Below, one piece after another: positions 26,136 through 35,200 of a DNA stretch of 47,603 nt (its first letter is position 1; each line of letters begins with the position of its first letter). The notes below the pieces were generated by a model, which did no database searches, was not told the origin of the DNA, and worked only from the letters and a program-made list of their open reading frames with translations. Source of the stretch: a virus (taxonomy: Duplodnaviria; Caudoviricetes); the IMG/VR virus record IMGVR_UViG_3300049228_000125, positions 1 through 47,603 of that record. One strand, given 5' to 3'. The position numbers and the translations under genes were made by a program.

Positions 26136-27458
26136 ATGTTCAACTCGATCGCCATCCCCCTCATCCTTATCAACGAGCGCACCCGTGAACTCGACCCCGC
26201 CCATCGTGACGAACTCGCTTCCGACATCCTTCGAAACGGTCTCCTCCAGCCCATCATCCTCGGCGACTCACCAGACTCACCCCCGCTCGTCGACGGACTT
26301 CACCGCCTTCGGGCGATTGAGGCGCTTCACGCTTCCGGGGAAATCATCTTCTACGACGGTGAACCCCTCTTCGTCGGGCAGGTTCCCTTCATCCGTTTCG
26401 GTGACCTATCCCCCGCTCGTCTTCTCGAAGCTGAGATCGCGGCTAACCTCTTCCGCCGCGACCTAACCTGGCAGGAGCGCACCGATGCCCTCGCCCGCCT
26501 TCACCGCGCCCAACTGGAGCTTGACCCCAATGCCACAGTTTCCTCGACCGCAGCAAAGCTTGCCGGAGCCACAGGGAAGAGTGAGTCTACCCTCCAAAAA
26601 GCCATCGCCCGAGCAACCGTCATCGCCGACGCTATTGAGGCGGACCCTTCACTGGCTTCTGCCCGCTCTGAAACCGAGGCCATGTCCCGCGTCAAATCCG
26701 ACATCACCCGCCTTGCTTCTGGGCTTCTCGAAGGAGGGTTTTCCACTACTAACTCACTCCACACCCTCATCGCCGGAGATGCTACTGCGATACTCCCGAA
26801 CCTCGGGGCTGAGACCGTAGACCTCATCCTCTCCGACCCACCCTATGGCGTCGGCGCGGACACCTGGACGAGCAAATTCCAGGACGCCCCTCACCACTAC
26901 AAGGACGACTGGAAGTCGGCGGAAAAGCTCTACGGAACAATCCTCCTCGAAGGCTCCCGCCTTGGAAAGGAGCGCTCCAACATCTTCCTCTTCTGCGCCG
27001 TCGAGCGATGGCATCTTATCCGTGACATGGCAGACGGCCTCGGTTGGAGTGTTTGGCCTCGCCCGATCATCTGGCATAAGAGCAATGAGGGAATCCGCCC
27101 TTGGGGGCAGAAAGGCTACGCATATTGTTATGAAGCAATCCTCTTCGCCTGCAAAGGCCAACGGGGACTGTACCGGACTGGCTCTGACGTTATCTCGGGC
27201 ATCTATAAAGTCCGGGATCGAGAGCACGGAGCAACTAAACCGGCGAGTCTGTTCGGGCAGCTTATCACTTCTGCCTGCCTCCCCGGCGACACCGTCCTCG
27301 ACCCGTGCTGCGGTTCAGGGACAATCTTCGAAGCTGCAACGCTCACTTCAACAATTGCTACGGGAATTGAAAAAGATGAGCACTATATTGGACTCTCTCG
27401 ACAAAGACTAGAGCTTACGAAAGAAGATCTCACCGTGGAAGAACTGGACACATTCTGA
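26136..27458 (+). CDS. ParB-N domain fused to an N4-C/N6-A DNA methyltransferase (beta class)
   Basis: ParB motifs GLLQPI and LVDGLHRLRA; MTase motif IV DPPY precedes H.ATKP and motif I VLDPCCGSGT. Confidence 0.88.
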   Translation: MFNSIAIPLILINERTRELDPAHRDELASDILRNGLLQPIILGDSPDSPPLVDGLHRLRAIEALHASGEIIFYDGEPLFVGQVPFIRFGDLSPARLLEAEIAANLFRRDLTWQERTDALARLHRAQLELDPNATVSSTAAKLAGATGKSESTLQKAIARATVIADAIEADPSLASARSETEAMSRVKSDITRLASGLLEGGFSTTNSLHTLIAGDATAILPNLGAETVDLILSDPPYGVGADTWTSKFQDAPHHYKDDWKSAEKLYGTILLEGSRLGKERSNIFLFCAVERWHLIRDMADGLGWSVWPRPIIWHKSNEGIRPWGQKGYAYCYEAILFACKGQRGLYRTGSDVISGIYKVRDREHGATKPASLFGQLITSACLPGDTVLDPCCGSGTIFEAATLTSTIATGIEKDEHYIGLSRQRLELTKEDLTVEELDTF

Positions 27459-27781
27459 TGGCTACTCGGAAGCAGACTAAAGCAAAGCTCAATCTCCTAG
27501 GCATTGGAGTTGGCATCCCGACTCGAGCCTACGCGATCATGCTGGCGTGGAACTGGCTCGCCCCCATGTACACGACGGTTCAACTTACCTTCGCTCAGGG
27601 GATTTTTATTGTCCTCCTCGCCAGCTTTCTATCCGTGAAGATCTCCGACTTTCATGACGGCGGAGAGCACCTAGTCGACATTGACGACCATGCCGTCTTC
27701 GTAATGAGATGGTGCCTTGTATCACCCCTCGTCCTCATTGGCCTTGCTTACCTCCTAAAGTGCATCATGATAGGGATCTAA
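27458..27781 (+). CDS. Membrane protein (about 3 TM segments)
   Basis: 107 aa with three hydrophobic stretches. Confidence 0.7.
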   Translation: MATRKQTKAKLNLLGIGVGIPTRAYAIMLAWNWLAPMYTTVQLTFAQGIFIVLLASFLSVKISDFHDGGEHLVDIDDHAVFVMRWCLVSPLVLIGLAYLLKCIMIGI

Positions 27782-27782
27782 C

Positions 27783-29567
27783 ATGAACCTATTCGCTGGA
27801 ACTCGCGGGCCCGAAAGGGCTCGCATCCTCATCATCGGCGAGGCATACGGCGCGACAGAAGAGCGCTTCGAAAAGCCCTTCATGGGTGAGAGCGGAAACG
27901 AACTTTCGAATATGCTTAAAGAGGCAGGCGTAGGCCCGGACGAATGCCTCTACACAAACCTCATCAATCGCCGACCCGAGGATAATAACTTCAAGCACTT
28001 TCTCCTCCGCACGCAAGAGGCCAAGGATGAAAAGCTCAAACCGTTTCGGGGAGTATTCCCGAAAGAAGAATTACTCACCGCCTACAACCGACTCCATGAG
28101 CTTATCCTGCACGTTAAGCCCGCAATCATTATCGCCCTCGGAAACTGGGCTCTCTGGGCTGTCACCGACCACATCCGAATCCGTGCCGGAACAAAGAAGG
28201 AGCGCAACAACGGCTACAAACTCGCCACCGGCATCGACACCTATAGGGGAAGTATGGAGCGCGCTTCTTCAAGCCTGGGCAGCATCCCCGTCCTCGCCAC
28301 TTACCACCCCGCTGCCGTCCTACGTATGTGGCCGTGGCGCTTTACTGCGGTCTCTGACCTACGAAGAGTTCGAGAGTACATATCCCAACCTATCCCTCTC
28401 CGGAAGTGGGGTCGTAGCCCAAGCATTAAACGGTGGATTGTCCCGGACGTCTCGACCGTCGAAACCTGGATCGAGGGTTTCTTCCAAGGGAAGGAGAAGG
28501 AAACCACCCTCGAACTCACGCTCGATCTGGAGACCTACGCCGGCAAGATCCACCTTATGGGACTATCTACCCCTAACTCAACCCGGCTCATCGTCCCCTT
28601 CATGGACGTTAGAAAGGGAAGCACCAAGCCCTTCTACTCTCCTTATGACTGGCGACGTGTTTACTCCTCCATCCGTTCCCTCCTTACCCACCACAAGGTA
28701 CGTCTCCTGGGACAGAACCTTCTGTATGACGCTCAATACCTCCACAATGAGTTTGCATATGTGCCACGTATCGGATTTGATACGATGGTCGCCCAGCATC
28801 TCCTCTGGCCAGCCCTTCGTAAAGGCTTGGACTACATGGCTTCGATATACTGCGACTCCTATACCTACTGGAAAGAGGACCGCAAGACATCTCTCGAGAA
28901 TGAAGACCTCGACCTCGCCTCAAACTATAACGCTGACGATCTGGACTACACAGAAGATGTTGCGGAGGAGCTGAAGAAGCAGCTTAAAGCTGAGGGAATG
29001 GAACAGCTTTTTTCCGACCGTATGGAGCTAGTCGAGATCCTCCTCGACATGATGATCCACGGGGTCCGCGTTGACGGGAAGAAGAAGCGCGTTCAATCCC
29101 TCGCCATGATGATGACCATGGGGGAATTAATCTCCTGGCTCGAGGGCGCGATCCCCGACTACCTCAAACCTGTAGGAAAGAAGGGCTCGAAGCCGTGGTA
29201 TTCTTCCGACACAAAACTAAGGACGCTTTTCTATGAGAATCTTGAACTCGATCCGATCTACGATAAAGAAACTGGCGAGCCTTCGCTTAATAAGCATGCC
29301 CTCGAACGCCTTGGGTTCAAGTACCCTGAGTTCAAGCCGCTTTTTGGAGCTCTTACCCTCTTCCGAAGTGCAAGAACTTTCCGAGGTACTTTTCTGGACG
29401 CCGTTCTCGATCCGGACGGACACTGGCGCTGTGCTTACACTATCACAACTGAGACCGGACGGCTCGCATCAGCAGAGAACGTTTACGATCGTGGCGGGAA
29501 CCTCGCGAACATACCCCGCGATCGTGAACCGCTAAACTTTTACAACGCAATCGAGGCCTTATCATGA
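27783..29567 (+). CDS. DNA polymerase A, N-terminal fragment: UDG-like domain + 3'-5' exonuclease + thumb
   Basis: UDG motifs GEAYG..E...PF.G.SG and TYHPAAVLR; Exo I DLET, Exo II QNLLYD, Exo III YNADD; PolA TETGRLAS...NLANIP then a stop. Confidence 0.9.
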   Translation: MNLFAGTRGPERARILIIGEAYGATEERFEKPFMGESGNELSNMLKEAGVGPDECLYTNLINRRPEDNNFKHFLLRTQEAKDEKLKPFRGVFPKEELLTAYNRLHELILHVKPAIIIALGNWALWAVTDHIRIRAGTKKERNNGYKLATGIDTYRGSMERASSSLGSIPVLATYHPAAVLRMWPWRFTAVSDLRRVREYISQPIPLRKWGRSPSIKRWIVPDVSTVETWIEGFFQGKEKETTLELTLDLETYAGKIHLMGLSTPNSTRLIVPFMDVRKGSTKPFYSPYDWRRVYSSIRSLLTHHKVRLLGQNLLYDAQYLHNEFAYVPRIGFDTMVAQHLLWPALRKGLDYMASIYCDSYTYWKEDRKTSLENEDLDLASNYNADDLDYTEDVAEELKKQLKAEGMEQLFSDRMELVEILLDMMIHGVRVDGKKKRVQSLAMMMTMGELISWLEGAIPDYLKPVGKKGSKPWYSSDTKLRTLFYENLELDPIYDKETGEPSLNKHALERLGFKYPEFKPLFGALTLFRSARTFRGTFLDAVLDPDGHWRCAYTITTETGRLASAENVYDRGGNLANIPRDREPLNFYNAIEALS

Positions 29568-30175
29568 CCGTACCTTCATCCCTCTGGATCCAAACCCTTC
29601 ACGGAGGTGTATATGACTACGACTCCGAAAAGAACTCTACTCCTATCACCCCTCACACGATTGCTCATTCTCTTGCTCGCACTTATCGCTTTCGTGGACA
29701 TTCTCGTTACCGCTGGACGGTTGCCGAGCATTCCTTGCTCGTCCGCGATATCGGGATGCAGCTATTATCCTCAGATAACGAGCGGCTTCTCGCAGCTCCC
29801 TATCTCCTCCTCCATGATGCTCACGAGGCCTTCCTCGGTGACATGCCGGCGCCGCTGAAGAAATTTTTAAAGACGAAGTTGAACTTTAATATGGAGATGC
29901 TCGAGGCCGACAGCGATAAAAGAATTAGGAAGGATTTAAAGCTCGACTTCCCTCCTCATTGGGTTCTTCCCCTTATCAAAGAAGCCGACGTCTACGCCTT
30001 AAAGCTTGAGCGCGAAGCATTCATGGCCTCGAAGCATGAATGGGTCATCGACGAAATAAAAATCCCCTCGATCGTCACCGCCTCCCCTTCCCGAGAACTC
30101 GGCATCCCCACCCTCACCCGTGTATTCCGGACCGCTATCGAGGACGCCATCCATGCTACACAATCCGCTCCATAA
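29564..30175 (+). CDS. HD-domain phosphohydrolase (5'-deoxynucleotidase YfbR/YfdR-like)
   Basis: RFRGH, VAEHS, LLHDAHEAFLGD..APLK, IKEAD motifs. Confidence 0.88.
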   Translation: MTVPSSLWIQTLHGGVYDYDSEKNSTPITPHTIAHSLARTYRFRGHSRYRWTVAEHSLLVRDIGMQLLSSDNERLLAAPYLLLHDAHEAFLGDMPAPLKKFLKTKLNFNMEMLEADSDKRIRKDLKLDFPPHWVLPLIKEADVYALKLEREAFMASKHEWVIDEIKIPSIVTASPSRELGIPTLTRVFRTAIEDAIHATQSAP

Positions 30176-30941
30176 GGTCACAGCGCAGTCATTCGATTTC
30201 CCTCCAATCCGGGACATCTTCATCCCCGATCCAGGGTTCACGATAATCGACATCGATCTTGAGGGAGCGGATGCTCGTGTCGTTGCATGGAGGGTAAACT
30301 CCGTCCGCCTGAAGAAAGCCTTCCGTGAGGGGCTCAAGGTCCACGCGGTCAACGCAAAGCTAATGTTTCCCGTCTCCGAATGCGGGGAGGACGGGATGAA
30401 GGAGCCCACCTATACGAAGACAAAGAAATGCACCCACGGCACAAACTACGGCGTCACCGCCCCAACCATGTCCTCCCACACAGGCTTCCCCGTTCATGAG
30501 TGTAAATCCTTCATCATTCGATGGCTCCGTGCCAACCCCGAAATCCCCGAGTGGCACAAGGAAGTCGAGTTCCTTATCCAACGCGACAGGGGTATCTCCA
30601 ATCCCTTCGGCTATAAGATCCGTTGGTTCGACCGACCTCACGCTCTACGCAATAAAGGCCTTGCTTGGGAACCGCAAAGCGTCGTCGCGGAGGTCACGTA
30701 TAGAGTCCTACGTCGCCTTAGAAAAGAGGAGCCCCGAATACAGCCCCTCATGCAAGTCCACGACTCCCTCGTCCTCCAATGCCGGACGATCAATCTACAA
30801 TCCTGCTTACGCTCCCTTTATCGAATATGCAATGACGTAATCGTTCCCTATCCCGATCCCCTCATAATCCCCTGGGGGCTGAAGCTCTCAACCACCTCCT
30901 GGGGGGAGGCGACTAAGGCGAAATGGGGAGATTACATCTAG
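30153..30941 (+). CDS. DNA polymerase A, C-terminal fragment (palm/fingers, motifs A, B, C)
   Basis: GAGGA RBS, ATG 30153; IRDIFIPD, motif A DLEGADAR, motif B K..THGTNYG, PQS..A, motif C QVHDSL. Confidence 0.88.
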   Translation: MLHNPLHKVTAQSFDFPPIRDIFIPDPGFTIIDIDLEGADARVVAWRVNSVRLKKAFREGLKVHAVNAKLMFPVSECGEDGMKEPTYTKTKKCTHGTNYGVTAPTMSSHTGFPVHECKSFIIRWLRANPEIPEWHKEVEFLIQRDRGISNPFGYKIRWFDRPHALRNKGLAWEPQSVVAEVTYRVLRRLRKEEPRIQPLMQVHDSLVLQCRTINLQSCLRSLYRICNDVIVPYPDPLIIPWGLKLSTTSWGEATKAKWGDYI

Positions 30942-30950
30942 GGGAACCTC

Positions 30951-32168
30951 GTGGCAAGACACTTCGACAGCTGGTTTAACGGGTACAGGGAGTATACCTT
31001 CAACACAGAAGCCCCCGGAGCTTTCCATTGGTGGACGGCCGTCTCCACCATAGCCGGCGCGCTACAGAGGAAGGTCTACATCGACCAAATCGCTTTCGAC
31101 TGGGTACCTAACTTCTATATCTGCCTCGTCGGCCAAGCCGGGTTAGTCACAAAATCCACCTCCCTCCGAATGGGAGAACAGCTACTTAAAAAGCTCGGAA
31201 AGAAGATCCGCTTCGGAAGTCAGTCAGGCTCCTGGCAGGCTATGGCTAAGGAGATTCAAGACTCAAAGTACCAAATCCAGGGAGGAATAATGTCATGTCC
31301 GATATCTTACTTCGTCTCCGAGTTTGGAACCTTCTTCGATCCGCAAAATCGCGAGCAGGTCGATTTCTTCGTCGACTCCTGGGACGCACAGAAGACCGGG
31401 TTCACGAGATCGACGATATCCGGCGGTCAAGTCGAAATCCAATGCCCCTGTGTCAACATCCTTGCGGCGACCACCCCGACATGGATCAAGGAGAATTTCA
31501 CGGCAACTATGGTGGGTGGCGGCTTTGCTTCACGCCTCATTTTTGTGCGCGGTCACGCAAAGAGGAAACTCATCGCCTACCCCGGACTCGAGAAAACAGC
31601 AGATGACCACCTTCCTCTTCAGGCCAAGCTTGTCTCCGACCTCAAGCAGATAAGCGAACTTGAGGGGCCGATGCAGTTAACCGAGGAAGCGATCACATGG
31701 GGAAAAGACTGGTACGAGAGCCACTATACTAAGAAGCGTCAACTCTCCGGCGAGCGGTTCGACGGATACTACGCGAGGAAGCAAACCCACATGCATAAGC
31801 TCGCAATTATCCTCTCGGCTGCGGAGGGAAATTCCATGAAGATTGAGGTGAGGCATCTAAGCCAGGCGAACGCTCAACTTCTTCTCGTGGAGAAAGATCT
31901 CGCGAGCGTAATCGACAATGTAACCTCGAAACAGATCTCGACCACTCATAAGCGGGAGATCCTATCGATCATACGTGGGGAGGGAGAGATAGATAGGGAG
32001 GAGCTTTACGCTCAACTCTTCCAGATGATGTCAGGGCCGGACTTCGATAAAGGCCTCTCGGATTTAATCAAAGCCCGGCAGATTACGATATCCCCGCGGG
32101 GAGGGAAAACCTTGCTCACTATCAAGGATACCTCCCCCGTGGTCGTGCCGATTAAGAAGAAGGGGTGA
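30951..32168 (+). CDS. DUF3987-like P-loop NTPase (putative replicative helicase)
   Basis: EAP..FH.W, PNFYICLVG..G..TKST Walker A variant, SEFG, GGFASR; C-terminal winged-helix-like region. Confidence 0.7.
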   Translation: MARHFDSWFNGYREYTFNTEAPGAFHWWTAVSTIAGALQRKVYIDQIAFDWVPNFYICLVGQAGLVTKSTSLRMGEQLLKKLGKKIRFGSQSGSWQAMAKEIQDSKYQIQGGIMSCPISYFVSEFGTFFDPQNREQVDFFVDSWDAQKTGFTRSTISGGQVEIQCPCVNILAATTPTWIKENFTATMVGGGFASRLIFVRGHAKRKLIAYPGLEKTADDHLPLQAKLVSDLKQISELEGPMQLTEEAITWGKDWYESHYTKKRQLSGERFDGYYARKQTHMHKLAIILSAAEGNSMKIEVRHLSQANAQLLLVEKDLASVIDNVTSKQISTTHKREILSIIRGEGEIDREELYAQLFQMMSGPDFDKGLSDLIKARQITISPRGGKTLLTIKDTSPVVVPIKKKG

Positions 32169-32174
32169 GGAGAA

Positions 32175-32213
32175 AACAGTGTGCTTTCGCCGGTTTGGAA
32201 AAAGCACACTCTC
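32175..32213. terminator. Palindromic element copy C at the convergence of the two arms (possible bidirectional terminator or operator)
   Basis: Perfect 10-bp inverted repeat AGTGTGCTTT-N13-AAAGCACACT between converging stop codons. Confidence 0.6.
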
Positions 32214-32214
32214 T

Positions 32215-35200
32215 TTACCTCCCCGGCACTTTTTCCCTACGGGTCACAGCTTCAGGATACAACCTATCAACCTGACCTGTGATCCCCCTCACCGCCTTAT
32301 TCACCGGGACGCCTGCTTCCTTAAATTTCAGGTTGCGTCCCTGCGCCTGCATGGATTTCTTGAGCGTATCGTTCGTGATCCGCAGCGCCTTGTCCGGGGC
32401 CTCCTCATTGAACCCCCTGATCGCCTTAACGGCGTCCTCAATCCCCTCCTTATCTTTCAACCTCTTCGCCCGGAACAACTCCTGCGTGAGGATTTGCCGC
32501 TGCCCCAGCCAGTACCTCTGCACCTCCATCTGAGCGCGGGTATAGTCCCATTGCCGAGAGAGCTTAGCCGGTTGAAAACCCGCAGCGACGGAGGCTATGT
32601 CCATCTGATCGCTCATATCATTCGGATCGAACGAAACGACTGTCGCCCCCGACCTATCCCTCTCCCTCTGCTCGGCCATAAGCCGGGACGATTTCATCAT
32701 CGCTCGAAGTGCTCGCGGAAACGTCCTCTCCCACCGCTTCACGTCATCAGCAGGGAGGGAATGATCCATCACCGACTGATAGATATTGAACGGGACACCG
32801 AGCCACGGACCGGCGACTTCACTCGTCACCTGCCCGACGGTTTCCCTCCACGAGGAGCTATCCGGATTAATCATCCCTTTAAGTCCCGGAATGAGCTTAC
32901 CCATAGACAGGCTCCCCGACAGGTCCGGCGTAGCAGAGGGGATACCGAGCCCGTTCAACGCCGCAGGGATGCCGAACCCGATACGTGAGGCCCCATGCAG
33001 GACGATATCCCCCGTGTTTCCCTCCGTCCAATCCGCCATCATCGTCCGGATCATCTTCTCAAAATCGAAGTTCATCCCGAACTGACGTAGCAGCCACTTC
33101 ATCAGCTCATTTGCATCGTCCGCACCGGGGAGCCCCATAAGCCCGGCCGTCGCCGCGAGCCCGAGCAACATCCTCACCTGCACCCCTCTATCCTGCTTGA
33201 AGAGGAAGAAGAGCATATTTTGCAGGTAAGACTTAAACATGAGGAGCACCCCCTTCGGCCCGGACATCAGCTTCGGTCTGGCCCAACGGGAGTATTCAAA
33301 TTGAGTCGTTCTGACCGCGTCAGCTGCGACCATATACGCCCGGAGATGCGGCTCATCCCACCCCCGGTCCACGCGCAGTTGATCAGCCTCTTGCTGATTC
33401 CCCGCCATGACCTCATTAACATGAGCGCTGTTATTATCTCGGAGCGCCATCGCATAAGCTGCTCGGAACGTAACCGCCCGGTTGAACTTCTCGGCCAGAG
33501 AGAACGGCGCCGTCCCCCATTGTCCGAGTCGGCGAAGACCCTGCCCGAACTTACTCGTCGAAAGAGTTCTCTGAAGCACACTTCCCTGCGAGATAGCTGC
33601 GAGTTCTTGGGCGAAACCGTCATCGAGGAGTCGGCTTTCATGCGCCTCTTCTATTGCTTCCGAAAGTATGCCCTCATCTTTCGGCTGAATTCCTCGGAGT
33701 TCATTGAAGTAGTCCTTCGAAACCTGCGTGAACGCGGAAGTCACCTTCCCCATTGTGGCTAAATCGCCGAACTTCGTCGCGAGGTATGGCATTGCCACCA
33801 TCGGAACCTGCGTGAGGTTCACGAACGCCGTTGCAGGGACGAACGCAAAATACCACAGATATCCTATCGCCCTCATTTCCGCCCAATCGGTCGAGGGCTT
33901 CATCAACTCCTCATAATGCCGCGTCATGTAATCCGCGATACGAGTTCTAGCATCTTGAGAAATTGGGCTTCCACTTTGCCGGACATCTCGGATAGCACCT
34001 TCGAGCCGCTTGGTATATTCTTGCCTCGCAACAAACCTTGCCGCTCTTGCGAAGTAGGTCCCATAAGCTCTAAGACCATCCGCAGAATACCCCGGCGTGT
34101 TCGCGCGCTCGAGCAACTGACGACGAAAGGAAGTAGTTGGAGCCGCTTGGAGGGCCAATGCCTCCAGGAGTTTTTTATCCTTCTTTTGCTGGGTAGTAAG
34201 GTCGGGTTTATCAAGCCCGAGCGCGCTTTCAATATTTCTGAGCGCAAATGCCGGAAGCCCCTGCCATTGCTGCAAGGTCGGGGAGAGTTCGTCCTCAACG
34301 ATAGAGTTCTCCCCCGGGACTTTATATGCCTTCTCAATCGCGACGACAGCACCATCCCGCTCCTTCTTTGAAGAGAAGGCTTCGAAATGGAGGACCTCCC
34401 CCTTGCTATTCCTCACCGTTACGACATACTTCCCGAACCTCATATGCGGGAAATACGGCCGGGCTTTCATTTGCGACACTTCCCCCGCAATGCTCTTCAC
34501 CTCCTTCGCAAGTTCGAGGGGATCCTGGATAGTCTCTATCGCCTTCTGGGTGGAGACCTCCTCGAGGTAGGACAGGAACTGTAGGAAATCCTGACGAATG
34601 TTAACATATGCGTCGAACGCGGCCTTTTGCAGCCCGTGCTTTTTGACGAGGGCAAGTAGCTCCTGCTCCGTCGGCCAACGGGTTTCATGATTTTCCCTCT
34701 GTTCCTTCGTGAGGTACGTCATTTGATCAAGCTCGAACAGCAGCTTGAACAGCGCGTCCGACTGCGCCTTACCGAGCGCATGCACTTCCCTTACGCGCGA
34801 GTCGGCCAGCGACGCCCAGCTAAGCGCCGTGTTTTCCATGGCCCGGTTCAGGGACTTATACGCCTGTAGGCCGGCTATATGCGGGTTCAGGTCGGCCATC
34901 TGATGGATACCTAAGATCCATTCCATAATGGTGTTATGCCGATCGGCGACGGCCAGAAGCCCCTTAATCTTTGCCCTATCGGCATGGGCGTCCTTCGGGA
35001 AGATTTTGAGCAACTGCTTCACCCGGAAAGTCGACGCCCTTTCCGGAAACATCGTCACGCTTTCGTCGAGGCCTAAGGCTTTCGCGTTCTTCACATTCCT
35101 CGCAATAGAGTCATTCAACGCCCTCCGAGTAGGCTCCGATAGGAACGGCTCCTCCTGCGTGACCTTCCCCCTCTGCATGAGCTTATCGAGCCACTCCTTC

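Noticed and set aside
29564-30175. Z-genome (2-aminoadenine) system
   Set aside because: An HD hydrolase is present but no PurZ- or MazZ-like gene is recognisable.
29517-30210. Group I intron or intein interrupting polA
   Set aside because: The insert is almost all HD ORF, with no room for a catalytic core, no homing endonuclease and no intein C/S...HN ends; both fragments have their own start and stop signals.
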